The notes beneath the pieces were generated by a model that saw only the letters and a program-made list of their open reading frames with translations, made no database searches and was not told the DNA's origin. Source: a virus (lineage: Duplodnaviria; Caudoviricetes). Taken from it: 64,000 nt of DNA. The translations under genes and the position numbers were made by a program. The stretch's first letter is position 1, and each line of letters opens with the position of its first letter. Shown here piece after piece: positions 48,701 through 57,479 of the stretch. The stretch is from positions 1 through 64,000 of IMG/VR virus record IMGVR_UViG_3300011164_000019, one strand, 5' to 3'.

Positions 48701-51700
48701 AGTGCCTGGGGTGAGTTGGGCAAGTCGCCGATCGAGCATGACAGTGAGCTGGTTCAGTTCTTCAAGAGCAACCCGCGGCCTTCGCTCAAGTATGTACTCA
48801 AGGCCCTCCGTTCGCGTATCGAAGTCACCAGCAACGGACGGACTCAGGAGTACAACCGCGAACTGTGGAAAGCCCTGGCCAAGCACGTCAATCCGGCGAT
48901 GAAGATCGTCTACGTCACGCCTGAGATGGCGATCCCGGAAGGTGTGGCCGAGAAGCAGGCACAGTCTGCCCGTGGTCTCTACAGCTTCAGCGATTCGATT
49001 GACACGCTGTACATCAAGAGCGATGCGTTCCGTCGTTCGGGCGTGACCACTGAACTGCTGATGCACGAGCTGGTTCACTCGGTGGTAGCCCGTACCATCG
49101 ATCTGGCCGAGCAGGGCAAGCCTCTGCCGGATACGGCTGAACTGGTGGCTGAACTGGGTGTGCTGCTGGAGCGCAGCCGTCAGCATGTGGCCGATAAGCC
49201 TGAACTGGCTCAGCGGTACAGCAATGCCCTGGCCAACGTGCAGGAGTTCGTGGCCTGGGGCATGACCAACCAGGGTTTCCAGCGTGATGTGCTGAACCAG
49301 TTCACCCTGCAGACCAAGACCTCGCGCAATGTGCTGGTCAAGGCCATGGAAGCCCTGACCAATGTGCTGCGTGACATTCTGTTCCGTGGTTCGGACAAGT
49401 CGGCACAGAAGATCCAGGTCACTGGCTTGAAGACGCTGCTGGCCAACGTCTCCGGTCTGATGGCGACGGCTGAACAGGCGCGTGAGGCCGTAGGTACTCA
49501 ACGCACGCTGGCCATGGAAGATCCGGTTCTGGATATGGACGTGGCTGATCTGTTCGATGGCCTGCGTAACACCGAGCAGCCCCTGGATGTTGGCTTCGAG
49601 AGTCACCTGCGTGATCTGCTGGATAACGTGGTGCGTCCGCTGCATGGTCCGTTTGGTGCCGTGCGTCTGGAAGCCTTGGACGATCAGGTGATCGGTGCCC
49701 GTGAGCGTTTCCTCAAGGCTCTGGCGACTGGCAAGGCACCGTTCGCTGCCAAACTCAGTGACGTGGTGAAGCTATCCGATCAGGAAGCGTTCCTGGCCGA
49801 GAGCATTGAAGTCGCCCTGCGTACTGCCCTGGAATCGAAGGATCGTTCGTCCTCGCTGGTCTACCGCGAGCTGAAGGGCCTGTACAACGAGATCAAGGCA
49901 TCGCTGCCGGTATCGGCATTCTTCGATGGCGACTGGACCCAGGCCAGTGATGAACAGAAGGCGGAGGCCCAAGCCCTGCGTGAGTTCTTCCTGGAGATCC
50001 CGGACGGGGAAGGGCAGTCCGACTACCTGAGCCGCTTCGCTGCTCTGGGTCTGGCCTACCGTCCGCTGTGGAAGCTGCTGGATCGATCGACTCAGCAAGA
50101 CACTCGTGTCCTGCGTGATCTGAGCTGGCTTGAGCGTCTGCAGGCTCTGGTTGAGCGTGCCATGGCCTATCTGGCCGGCAAGTGGACGCACACCTATGCC
50201 GGTCAGCAGGCCAACGACAAGCTCAAGACCCTGGTCGGTGAGCTGGTGGATATCGAGGCCAAGTACCGGGAAAAGGCTGCTCGTCCGAACAACCAGTGGA
50301 TCGAGATGGCCGAGAACGCTCTGGCCGGTGTTCAGGGCAAGGCCAAGGACATGATCGACCAGGTGGCCAAGTCGGACATGGTGCGTAACTCGAAGGTCAG
50401 CGGTGTTCGTCTGATGGGTCGAGTGGCCAGCCTGGCTGCCGATGACCGCCTGGAAGCGGTGGTGGATGCCGGTAACCAGCTGCGTGACCGTCTGTTCAAG
50501 GGACGCCAGGGTCTGATGGCTGGCATGTTCAACGAGATGAAAGGGCCGAACGAGATCATGTTGGCCCTGCTCAACTTCGCCAAGCGCAATGAACAGGAGC
50601 GTAAGCACCTAATCAACTGGACCCGTGATACGGCCTTGGAGAGCTTCGCCAATAAAGGCAAAGACCTAACTGCCAAGGACAAGGACGCCATGGCTCTGCT
50701 GCTGCGTGCTGATCTGGCTTCGCTGCTGGATTACGGCTACTCGCTGGAGGAGCTGCAGCAACTGCTGAGTCCCAACGGCAGCCTGCAGCAGCGGATTGCT
50801 GAATTGGGCAAGCAGCTCAAGACCTCGACTCATGCAGCCATGTACCTGCGTCGTGCCGAGGCTCTGGGCAAATACATGGCCACCGGCAAGGCATCGATCG
50901 ACAACCTGATGCTCAACGCGGACAACATCGCTCGCATGCTGGGCACCAAGGATGCACACAGCATTCCGGATGCTGAGCTGGATCGGGTACGTCCGCTGAT
51001 CGATCAGCTGGCTTCGCTGTACGCCCTGGCCAATGCCAACGAGTCTGACAAGGAGCGGATCTCCAACGTCCTGGCGACCGAGCTACAGCGTACCGATGGT
51101 GGTAACGGGGTGACCTTCGTTCTGAAGATGCACCGTGCCATGCAGCAGGAAGCCAAGGAAAAGCTGTTCGAGAACAGTGAGGCCTTGTTCACCAAGGGCT
51201 ACACACCGGAGATCCACAACCCGCACACCGAGGTACTGGCTGCCACCGAGGAAGAGGGCGAGGCACTGGTACGCCAGGGCTTCCAGCGTGTGGTCGGCAA
51301 CCCGTTGAACCAGGATGCCGATGACCTGGATAAGCGTGCCAAGCACCTCTACATCCTCAAGGGCCGTGGCATGCAGCAGCGTCTGACCGGTGCCCTGTCC
51401 TATACAGGTGAGCGTGCCAAGGGCAGTCGCAAGCATGGTGGGATCGTCAACACGATCACCGGTAGCCTGAACACTCATAACGTCCAGGTCACTCAGCGAC
51501 TGGCTCATGCCAAGCGCGTGCGTGAGGAGATGGCGATTCAGCAGGGCAAGCCGATGGGTGGGGTCCACATGGTCCCTGTACTTAATGCTGCCGGCGAGAT
51601 CGTCAACTACCGCTACGTGATGAGCAACAAGGCACGGGATTCGCTGCTGGAGCGAACCAATGCGTTCGATACGCTGCTGGGTACGCTGCATGGCAACGTG

Positions 51701-53020
51701 TTCGACAAGCAGGCCTCGCGTGAGCAGAACGCCCAAGTGGTCAAGGCCTTGTTCGATCAGTGGAATGCTGACAAGAACGATCGCCGTGACGCCTACATCA
51801 TGGTGGGTCCGGACAGCAGCGATGCTGAAGGTGCAGAGACCTGGCGTCTGCTGCCACACCACACTCAGGAAGCGATTCGTCAGGTGTGGAAGGGCAACAA
51901 CATGATGGTGCGCAACGATCAGATCGACCTGATCGCCGGTTACCGCAAGTACAGCCTGGCTGACATGTTCGACAAGCAGGATCGTACGACCAAGGGTATG
52001 AAGAACCTGCTCAAGCATCAGGAAGATGAACGCAACATGCTGGAGCAGATGACCGTCTGGCTGTTGCAGGACTTCTTCGGGCTGGGTGACAAGGCGGCAT
52101 TGCGTGTTCGCCAGGCAGAGGACTTCTGGCAGGCGGTGGTACAGGAAGTGAAGGATATCGTGGTGGTACGGTCGGGTGTGACCTTGTTCTGGAACGTGGT
52201 CAGCAACATGACTGTACTGTTGTGGCAGGGTGTTCCGATCAAGGATCTGATGCGGAATCACTGGGTGGCGTGGCGTGGTGCAGTCAACTATCGGAAGGAT
52301 TCCGAAGAGCTGTTCCGTCTGGAAGCAGCATTGTCGACTGGCACGTCTGGGGATGCGAAGGCTACACAGCAGCGTATTCGCCAATTGCAGGATTCTCTGG
52401 CACGTAACCCGGCCAAGGAACTGATTGATGCGGGGATGTTGCCGACCATCGTCGAAGACGTGGCCTTGGAAGAAGACCCTTACTCCTATCGCAGCAAGCT
52501 GAAGGAGAAGGTGGATCAGTACACCAGCAAGCTCAACCCCACGGTCAAGCAAGCGGCTGCGTTCGTCTACATGGCTCCAGGTACTCCGTTGCACACGGCG
52601 ATGAGCCAGGCCACTCAGTACTCGGACTTCGTGGCTCGCTATACGCTGTATCAGCACCTGATCAGCGACAAGAAGGCGCCGAAATCCAAGCAGGAAGCGT
52701 TGAAGCGGATCTCCGACAGCTTCGTCAACTACGACGTACCGTCGCACCGCCACATGCAGTACCTGAATGACATGGGCTTGCTCATGTTCACCAAGTACTA
52801 CCTGCGGATTCAGAAGGTGATCATGCAGATGTTCCGGGAGCATCCGGCTCGGGCGATCATGATGGTGACCCTGGATATCTACCTGAGCGGCATGCAGACC
52901 ATCGTCGACTCCTCGATGTGGGGTCGCCTGGGGAATCCGCTGGAGTGGGGTGCCTTGCAGTACCCCGGCACGCTGGATGAGCTGGCCACCATCAAGGGAA
53001 TGATGAACCTGTTCAAGTGA
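42773..53020 (+). CDS. Virion-encapsidated RNA polymerase (vRNAP), 3415 aa
   Basis: EVDGVTNGP (motif A), RNLMKPPVTKSGYG (motif B), VHDA (motif C); size. Confidence 0.97.
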   Translation: MAQLPELPEDIRGIDLTDIKKNQLAQASEFKRQLLEARKPQGVQPDSLLSQHEQRVAGMQAENAEYMAKRAQKQEAFDNSWVGRSGVDPDSFTAGVIDGGAMLTAGAGYLAGTVLTAAPNTLAAIQELGTSDDVKAAYTRFKQGQASEADIALLNEKQDLFTTNQEGLERADHLREGTRGIMDLFDWKGAIDAPQREPLREEFAEEAGPAVDRLAQAWEQVKEGEYTEAAKGAGWALPKVAYEIAENAVQHPVGAVTHALENAPQLAAGVAGKLPMAVSNAGYALDEVRQGMDNYEQDNDGARPTGGEFREMLLRAGSLAAAEHIADTQVLKTLTSPVTKTAQVLPEKAVGALAKPAKAAGTVLGTGATEAVTEAFQTYQEGEIKNREASPMDIAEGALLGFAAGGATAAASKAPADLLGSTGEKKEPEVEKASETGNVSSLLQPGAYAPEKAAKALAEHSLKNEDAQVRQDNLTKLGEIRSALEDEAKAEAMVERIQQRMESAPQEQQPQLEALLAQATESLTARRAALGLQDVPAAERKEALAKQLDQVKQAEDSITQLMEPEKQDLSSQIELADTVLENVTPEVQQTARKAAERVVSLAMESPEALDVEVATRLASNMANSLTEPERVVLRTFAKAKALAHQVKGLEGVSSDIFNGNPKEGYKGLNEYSSNVRRALAYKTPDLEAAQHEIDGLAKFVESRKAKLAVAQKAFDEVAGTRDDGQQWLPTRSGTWVPADRKYSYDEMYAMGGMTIHGGSGNLVANIAQETEALEASLQSLQALYAMKSAAPVQTAVNQPEAAAPQAVEPVEQKAPVQTPEQEAGIAEDAPEAVKYRKTNNLKRLFSQQPGNPTTGTQRPLVATENFLTKLSQGEVNTLDYVQQEDLSEEQLGLPSAFIRTAKAWMPTIEGNFFKRTTQAGHKTDARDHYYNDYTQYLQDEQGQVAENVKTAIAAAAFAHVADNGGQTLNDNTTINKILGKDKDASITPAANQKLRKIGTLRSALINSLGQAVVQSLGYQLKGDASQSEKAKLEVALGAQALALLLDQGIVEQTTLTKGELDDLKGVDFNGQIKAMRAVAKTQADRDAIDRLIESRKNEVAFIRFVTNKDGALTQEAQAIRDASKNTGSLFTKLFGIETGPREPSFKPLKYDQKTANNSTKPISDKERAALEKEAKAPYILQKDMWAVLEKIANPAMILQMAGVQDEALETLHKTNRDGVTAKNQGLMREWERLVAFVGDLSRQKAGQDTKFYLMPSAWKNDRVGLDSAINPQTSKIHRFVIGKQSAETEVRWTDADQSMLDVFKLRVAEGLGMKTDKQDNKRSLAAYEAEMQKPVYQNAVAALRKALLDQDLTSGEQQAIVEGVKAGGENFHSLSSLVAQATYENAREAGQQKFTTMLLAEVDGVTNGPMLGHLLFGAFHSMQDAMARLNKGGFFETGNAFEQYNLWRAAPGQSDLYESTAIDLNAVVQEKWQDKKLQPMYSALFYVTGKLDDKGSPTKAGRNLMKPPVTKSGYGEGLGKTVETMAEDFIQQVYDHIQEISAGKSKLELQPLLSSVRLLISKADEKAAAELDVDMPIERAMEFTFTNQQFKALKSTYLSTLGRDITATIKEAFGPFTERRQAFNQAANLAFDLYQQLYQSKRRALIDQLIAEGKMATDAKGVPLHDLTNKQEAELQASLTDVAPILHTAFSSASDQLQAGMRLAKRDKGLSDEAAYRNEVKFGKKGKKPMAGLRAFGYKTGEVGPGVSGAVGSVHSTDAAISINAGAEVDSINVHDARIYGLKDVHAGARSLNKQTFLQALEYSPMDQMLATLERSIKGLADALAQENDATLNAGVASLLTKKIASLSDIEYDLMADSGKGLIQFQLDRLRATALAAESMKLEILANLQAVDQYAFEGGAYQVTEQDRAKAQQKLEERKQRPDDVAVTEAAKQIDALLGQKTAQAKLAPVVQSEPTLVDDADLGIPERQEDPVVTTSAWGELGKSPIEHDSELVQFFKSNPRPSLKYVLKALRSRIEVTSNGRTQEYNRELWKALAKHVNPAMKIVYVTPEMAIPEGVAEKQAQSARGLYSFSDSIDTLYIKSDAFRRSGVTTELLMHELVHSVVARTIDLAEQGKPLPDTAELVAELGVLLERSRQHVADKPELAQRYSNALANVQEFVAWGMTNQGFQRDVLNQFTLQTKTSRNVLVKAMEALTNVLRDILFRGSDKSAQKIQVTGLKTLLANVSGLMATAEQAREAVGTQRTLAMEDPVLDMDVADLFDGLRNTEQPLDVGFESHLRDLLDNVVRPLHGPFGAVRLEALDDQVIGARERFLKALATGKAPFAAKLSDVVKLSDQEAFLAESIEVALRTALESKDRSSSLVYRELKGLYNEIKASLPVSAFFDGDWTQASDEQKAEAQALREFFLEIPDGEGQSDYLSRFAALGLAYRPLWKLLDRSTQQDTRVLRDLSWLERLQALVERAMAYLAGKWTHTYAGQQANDKLKTLVGELVDIEAKYREKAARPNNQWIEMAENALAGVQGKAKDMIDQVAKSDMVRNSKVSGVRLMGRVASLAADDRLEAVVDAGNQLRDRLFKGRQGLMAGMFNEMKGPNEIMLALLNFAKRNEQERKHLINWTRDTALESFANKGKDLTAKDKDAMALLLRADLASLLDYGYSLEELQQLLSPNGSLQQRIAELGKQLKTSTHAAMYLRRAEALGKYMATGKASIDNLMLNADNIARMLGTKDAHSIPDAELDRVRPLIDQLASLYALANANESDKERISNVLATELQRTDGGNGVTFVLKMHRAMQQEAKEKLFENSEALFTKGYTPEIHNPHTEVLAATEEEGEALVRQGFQRVVGNPLNQDADDLDKRAKHLYILKGRGMQQRLTGALSYTGERAKGSRKHGGIVNTITGSLNTHNVQVTQRLAHAKRVREEMAIQQGKPMGGVHMVPVLNAAGEIVNYRYVMSNKARDSLLERTNAFDTLLGTLHGNVFDKQASREQNAQVVKALFDQWNADKNDRRDAYIMVGPDSSDAEGAETWRLLPHHTQEAIRQVWKGNNMMVRNDQIDLIAGYRKYSLADMFDKQDRTTKGMKNLLKHQEDERNMLEQMTVWLLQDFFGLGDKAALRVRQAEDFWQAVVQEVKDIVVVRSGVTLFWNVVSNMTVLLWQGVPIKDLMRNHWVAWRGAVNYRKDSEELFRLEAALSTGTSGDAKATQQRIRQLQDSLARNPAKELIDAGMLPTIVEDVALEEDPYSYRSKLKEKVDQYTSKLNPTVKQAAAFVYMAPGTPLHTAMSQATQYSDFVARYTLYQHLISDKKAPKSKQEALKRISDSFVNYDVPSHRHMQYLNDMGLLMFTKYYLRIQKVIMQMFREHPARAIMMVTLDIYLSGMQTIVDSSMWGRLGNPLEWGALQYPGTLDELATIKGMMNLFK

Positions 53021-53022
53021 TG

Positions 53023-53050
53023 AAAAAGCCCTCTACGGAGGGCTTTCTTC
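53023..53050. terminator. Bidirectional terminator
   Basis: AAAAAGCCCTC-tacg-GAGGGCTTTCTT. Confidence 0.85.
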
Positions 53051-53055
53051 TGTAT

Positions 53056-53173
53056 GGGTGAAGTGATCTGGTATTGAACGCTCCGTCACCCGCTTTTCGG
53101 GGCGTCCAGTCGGGGCCGGTAGCAGCCCTCAAGCCCTTGAGTTTCAGCGGACGTGTCTCACAGATCACTTCCC
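53056..53173 (-). ncRNA. Candidate structured ncRNA (~118 nt); strand inferred
   Basis: 11-bp closing stem GAAGTGATCTG/CAGATCACTTC enclosing four helices; no credible ORF. Confidence 0.55.
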
Positions 53174-53183
53174 GATAGAGAAG

Positions 53184-53238
53184 GGTGCCGGTCTTTCCCG
53201 GCTGTCAGGTGTGACGACTTGCGTTGGAACGCCCCACC
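53184..53238 (-). ncRNA. Candidate cloverleaf-like small RNA (~55 nt); strand inferred
   Basis: Three adjacent hairpins flanked by GGU/ACC. Confidence 0.45.
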
Positions 53239-53253
53239 GGCTCAGCGAAAGCG

Positions 53254-53454
53254 TTACCGCTTCCGACTGGGCTTTTTACTGGATTGGGTCATGTATGTGA
53301 AGGTCTCGTGCAACAGCACGATCACGACCAACACAACGATCCCGAGTGCAGTCAGGATCGCCATTACCCAGCCCAGGACCACACTGCCCACATAACAGCC
53401 CCCAATGAGGATGACTGCGAGCAGTACCAGGAGCATCCCCTTGAGGGCTTTCAT
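53254..53454 (-). CDS. Small membrane protein
   Basis: Two hydrophobic helices, basic C-terminal tail. Confidence 0.7.
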   Translation of the reverse strand: MKALKGMLLVLLAVILIGGCYVGSVVLGWVMAILTALGIVVLVVIVLLHETFTYMTQSSKKPSRKR

Positions 53455-53465
53455 GGGGTGCTGCC

Positions 53466-53837
53466 TTAGCCCCCGAAGAGGCTGGCCTTCTGAACGACAG
53501 GCTCTTCTTCTTCCTGAGGATCAGGCAGAACGTCTTCGGCAGCCGGCGAGGTTTCCACGACATGCAGCTGGGGAGCCGGAGTCGCTTCCTCTACACCACC
53601 GACGCTGCCGGAAGTGGACGCCTGGGTTTCGCAGACTTGGCTGCACTGGACGTTGCCCGAAACACTGCCCATCACGGCAGCAGCATCGTGAATGTCCAGG
53701 TCAGCGGTCATGCCGCTGTCGCCACGACCGGCAGTGAACGAAATGTCCACGGTCTTGCGATCGAGGTTGAAGCCTTGCTTGACGATGAAGTCGCGCAGGG
53801 CTTCTTCGATCTCGGATTGTTTCAGTTTGATCAGCAT
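53466..53837 (-). CDS. Conserved N4-like hypothetical protein
   Basis: QSEIEEAL..FI..QG...DISFTAGRG. Confidence 0.75.
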   Translation of the reverse strand: MLIKLKQSEIEEALRDFIVKQGFNLDRKTVDISFTAGRGDSGMTADLDIHDAAAVMGSVSGNVQCSQVCETQASTSGSVGGVEEATPAPQLHVVETSPAAEDVLPDPQEEEEPVVQKASLFGG

Positions 53838-53854
53838 GTTGAGTCCTCTCATAG

Positions 53855-54412
53855 TTAAACGTGCTGCCAGCTGTGTCCGTAGGCAATATCTTTTACCAAA
53901 GACACTGGGACATTTAGCTGGCGGGCTATGGTTATGTTTCTGCCGTACCGCTTACCTGTGTAGTTGGATAGGGCAGTTTTGATAGAGCGCGCTTGGTTTT
54001 CTGTGCAGACGGAGTTGTAGTGTGAATCCCCACGACGGACTGTTCCGTGCTTTTCCCGGTCGCTTTCATTGGATTGATGGGTATCCCACCTAAGATTACT
54101 CAACTTGTTGTTGAAGCTATCTCCGTCTGAGTGACACCCCTCCTGACCTGCAGAAGGTTCACCGACAAATGCTCTAAGCACCAGCGAATGCACAGAGTGG
54201 TGTTGCTTCCCTTCCTTAGCCAGATGGACGTATAGATAACGACCACTACTCCCTTTTACAGGCGATAGGTTCTTGCTCTTTACTACCCTCTGGTAAGGAT
54301 TACCCGACCTACTGACTTGCGTAAGGCTTCGCTCAACACTACGCACATTCCCGAAATCTGAAACTTCATAGAAGCCTTCATATCCTGGGACGCTTTTCCA
54401 AGTCTCGGTCAT
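53855..54412 (-). CDS. NUMOD4-HNH homing endonuclease
   Basis: ETWKSVPGYEGFYEVSDFGNVRS; CHSDGDSFNNKLSNLRW. Confidence 0.9.
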   Translation of the reverse strand: MTETWKSVPGYEGFYEVSDFGNVRSVERSLTQVSRSGNPYQRVVKSKNLSPVKGSSGRYLYVHLAKEGKQHHSVHSLVLRAFVGEPSAGQEGCHSDGDSFNNKLSNLRWDTHQSNESDREKHGTVRRGDSHYNSVCTENQARSIKTALSNYTGKRYGRNITIARQLNVPVSLVKDIAYGHSWQHV

Positions 54413-54993
54413 GCGACCTCCTTGGCCCTGAGTAGATTCAAGAACTGCTGAAAAGCAGGTAAATTCAGTCCGGCATGGATTGCCCCTACCGAGTCGGCCA
54501 TGTGTTCAGCTTTGGCTTCGCTGATCACCTCCTGTCCGTGCTGCTTGTAGGTAGGCCACTTGGCCTCAGGGTGACGGTTGTACGCCCACTGGATCATCTC
54601 GCTCTTGGTGGCCGTCTTCTTGCCCACGGAGATCATCTTCACCTCGGTCGGGGTGACCTCGAAGAAGGGAATCCCGCTGGCTCGAAGGGCACCCAGTACG
54701 CCCACGCAGATGCCGTAGGAGGCCATTGCGCGTGCAGACTGGCTACCGATCGGAACCTCGACGAAGATCGCGTGAGCGCCCATAGCTGCAGCCAAGGCCT
54801 GAGCACAGAGCTGACGGGCAGACTCCAGATCCAGGCTGTTCTGGCGAACCTGCTTGCCGGTGGAGAGTACGGGCTGGATCACCTCCAGGTGAGTGATCTC
54901 CAGGCTACCAGGTAGCTCAGCGGTCATCACACCCTTGGCAATGCCCCAGTTGCGTAGGCTCGGATCGAACCCGACAACGTGGAGCAGGCTCAT
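54409..54993 (-). CDS. RuvC-like Holliday junction resolvase
   Basis: VGFDPSLRNWG, FVEVPIGSQ, EHMADS. Confidence 0.85.
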   Translation of the reverse strand: MSLLHVVGFDPSLRNWGIAKGVMTAELPGSLEITHLEVIQPVLSTGKQVRQNSLDLESARQLCAQALAAAMGAHAIFVEVPIGSQSARAMASYGICVGVLGALRASGIPFFEVTPTEVKMISVGKKTATKSEMIQWAYNRHPEAKWPTYKQHGQEVISEAKAEHMADSVGAIHAGLNLPAFQQFLNLLRAKEVA

Positions 54994-55202
54994 GCCGGTA
55001 GCTCGCTGTAGCCGTCCTCGAAGATGACCTTGGGCGACCAAGACTCGTAATGATCAGCAGTGTGCTGGTTGTACACCACCAAGTAGCCAGCATCTTCGGG
55101 ATTTTCATTCTCCGGAATTTGCCACCCACGGTAGATGTTGTACTCACCACGAGTCATCGGCTGCGCATGTACTCGCTTGTGGCACTGATAATGTTTCAAC
55201 AT
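54990..55202 (-). CDS. Small conserved phage protein
   Basis: KRVHAQPMTRGEY...GYLVVY...YESWSPK.IFE.GY pattern. Confidence 0.75.
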   Translation of the reverse strand: MLKHYQCHKRVHAQPMTRGEYNIYRGWQIPENENPEDAGYLVVYNQHTADHYESWSPKVIFEDGYSELPA

Positions 55203-55203
55203 A

Positions 55204-55581
55204 TCAGTGCTGCTCCAGCTGGTGCAGCTTGGACTTCAGCTCGTATCCCATCAGCGGCCAGATCTTGTCCACCGCATTGCGGCGAGCGATCTTCTGGCCC
55301 ACTTCAGCATCGAAGTTCTCCGGACTGGCACAGGCCGATTCACCAGTGACGGTGAAGCCGTTCTTGAGGACTAGCACGCAGAAGGTGAGCAGACCCAGCG
55401 ATTCTGGGAAGTCCGGAAGACTGATGGTTTGCTGACTGCTCGCATTGACGAGTGCGAAGCTAGCCCCATCCTCTGCGGTGAAGTAGTGCTCGCTGGCGAT
55501 GTTGGCTTCCACGTCAGCCGGCGTGATGCGCGGTGCAGTAAGACCCTTGTTCAGGATCTCTTGCTCGATTGGATCAACCAT
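55204..55581 (-). CDS. N4 Gp49/Sf6 gp66-family protein
   Basis: TAPRITP, LTFCVLVLKNGFTVTGESACASPENFDAEVG. Confidence 0.88.
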   Translation of the reverse strand: MVDPIEQEILNKGLTAPRITPADVEANIASEHYFTAEDGASFALVNASSQQTISLPDFPESLGLLTFCVLVLKNGFTVTGESACASPENFDAEVGQKIARRNAVDKIWPLMGYELKSKLHQLEQH

Positions 55582-55873
55582 TGGATGCCTCCTGTTGGAC
55601 TTCGCCTTCAGCCGGAGCCTGGGCTTCATCCACCGGGGTAGCTGTGAATGGCAGATCAGCGAACAGCGCCTTGGCCACGATCAGACCGGCCTTGAAGCCT
55701 TCACGCTGCTCGGCAGTCATCGGCACGTCTTCGCCGTTCTCGCCTGGCTGGCTGATTTCCACGTCATCCGGCACCTGCTGGATCTGGCCCAGTTGAGCCA
55801 TGCGGTTGGAATGCCAGTGAGTGATCAGGGCTGCGAACTGATCGGGGGTTTGGATAGTGATGGTTTCGCTCAT
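55574..55873 (-). CDS. Conserved N4-like hypothetical protein
   Basis: GFKAGL...F..LPF; follows SSB. Confidence 0.7.
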   Translation of the reverse strand: MSETITIQTPDQFAALITHWHSNRMAQLGQIQQVPDDVEISQPGENGEDVPMTAEQREGFKAGLIVAKALFADLPFTATPVDEAQAPAEGEVQQEASNG

Positions 55874-55895
55874 GTACACCTCTTGAGCAGAAATG

Positions 55896-55921
55896 AAAAA
55901 GGGCCAGTTGCCTGGCCCTTT
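55896..55921 (-). terminator. Terminator after SSB
   Basis: AAAGGGCCAG-gcaa-CUGGCCCUUUUU on minus strand. Confidence 0.8.
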
Positions 55922-55944
55922 GGGGGGTGTTGCGGAGGAGGGTG

Positions 55945-56691
55945 TTACGCCTGAGCGCCGAACAGGCTGGTGGTCGGACGGCTGTTGCCACCGGCTGCAG
56001 CTGCTTGGCGGGGGGCACCAGCAGTACCGGTGTTGGCACCCTTGGTGGTCTTGTCCTTGACCTTGCCAGCCCACTTCTGCTCCCAGACGGCGAAGAAGTT
56101 GGCCTGTTCAGCCTGAGCACGGATTTCTGCCGTGGTCATCTTGTCGCGGGCACGGAAGATCTTGTCGACCTCGTTCTCGTCGCGGCTTTCACCGGTCGGC
56201 TGGTAGACGCCAGCAGCGTCCTTGGCGGTCTTGTCGACGGTCTGCTTGAGCACGCCCAGCAGGACCTCCTGACCGATCAGGTCCATCAGCATGTCGACCT
56301 GGGTCGGCACTTCCTTCTTCTCGGTCGAGGAGTAGAGGTTGACCACCTTCTTCTCGGTGTCGAGCTGGCCGATCTCCTTGCCCACGGTGAGCAGGGTCAG
56401 GGCGTTGGCATGCACGAAGCCAGGCAGGTACTGCTTCTGGCCCTGCTTGTCTTCGTAGTAGTTCTTGCAGCCCTTGGCAGTGCCGGAGGTCATCCAGAAC
56501 TGCTGGCGGACTTCGCCATCGTCATCCTTGAAGGTGACGTTCAGTGCCAGGGCACCGGAGCTGGCCTTGGAGACGTAGGCCAGTGCGACTTTCATCGGGT
56601 ACAGGCCCGAGTCACGAACACGGGAACCACCAACGGAGTCTTTCTCGTCGGCGATGTTGTTGTCAGTAGTCAGAGCAGCGAGCATGGACAT
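55945..56691 (-). CDS. ssb: Single-stranded DNA-binding protein (N4 gp45-like, late activator)
   Basis: YLPGF..AN, NEVDKIF, C-terminal TTSLF; synteny. Confidence 0.85.
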   Translation of the reverse strand: MSMLAALTTDNNIADEKDSVGGSRVRDSGLYPMKVALAYVSKASSGALALNVTFKDDDGEVRQQFWMTSGTAKGCKNYYEDKQGQKQYLPGFVHANALTLLTVGKEIGQLDTEKKVVNLYSSTEKKEVPTQVDMLMDLIGQEVLLGVLKQTVDKTAKDAAGVYQPTGESRDENEVDKIFRARDKMTTAEIRAQAEQANFFAVWEQKWAGKVKDKTTKGANTGTAGAPRQAAAAGGNSRPTTSLFGAQA

Positions 56692-56753
56692 AAGAGTTAC
56701 CTTTTGTTGAATTGAGTGGAGGCTTGGCGAACTGTCGCCGGGGGTGACTGGAA

Positions 56754-57479
56754 TCAGTCGTAGTACTTATGCAGATGATCGAGGATCACCTGCATATTGT
56801 TGTCGGTGAAGGTCTCGGAAGTATCGAACAAACCGAGTGGGCCACGCAGACGCTCGCCTACAGTGTCCTTTGTCAGTTTGGTCTGGAAGACATACTTGAA
56901 ACCAAGTGCTTCTTCTTCCGGAGTGATGTTCAACAGCGGCGAAGAATAGTCCTTCAAGTTCTTCAAGGGAACTTTCTTCGAGGCGATTACTACAGTGAAG
57001 TAGCTTTCGATGCCGTTGTTCTTCAGTGCGCCTTTCACCGGGACACAAGTTTCCAGAATCATTTCGGATTCGTTCACAGTGTCTTTGGTGTGGGCGATGA
57101 AGATCACGTTCTTGGTGGACTTCGCCACATGCTGCTGCATGAGGGTCTTGAAGTACTGAGCGAAATCACCCCAGGCCTTCATGGTGTTCGGCGAGTTCAG
57201 CACGAACAGCGACTCGTACATGTCGAGCAGATAGGTCAGCGAGTCCACCACGATGGTGTGGACCGTTGGATCTTTCTCGGCCACTTCGAAGGCTTCGAAG
57301 ATCTGGTGGGGATCGGTGATGGTGTACTGACGGAACTTGGCTCGGAACGGCAGTTTCTTGCCGGCCTCGCAGTTCAGGTACATCACACCTTCCGGATTCT
57401 TCAGGCCCATCAGCGAGGCGGATTTACCGGTCGCGGACTTGCCACACAGCAGAATCAGGTGGTCGTTTACTTGGGTCAT
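56754..57479 (-). CDS. AAA_24/Sak4-like ATPase (N4 gp44-like)
   Basis: CGKSATGKSASL, VVDSLTYL, IESYFTVV. Confidence 0.85.
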   Translation of the reverse strand: MTQVNDHLILLCGKSATGKSASLMGLKNPEGVMYLNCEAGKKLPFRAKFRQYTITDPHQIFEAFEVAEKDPTVHTIVVDSLTYLLDMYESLFVLNSPNTMKAWGDFAQYFKTLMQQHVAKSTKNVIFIAHTKDTVNESEMILETCVPVKGALKNNGIESYFTVVIASKKVPLKNLKDYSSPLLNITPEEEALGFKYVFQTKLTKDTVGERLRGPLGLFDTSETFTDNNMQVILDHLHKYYD

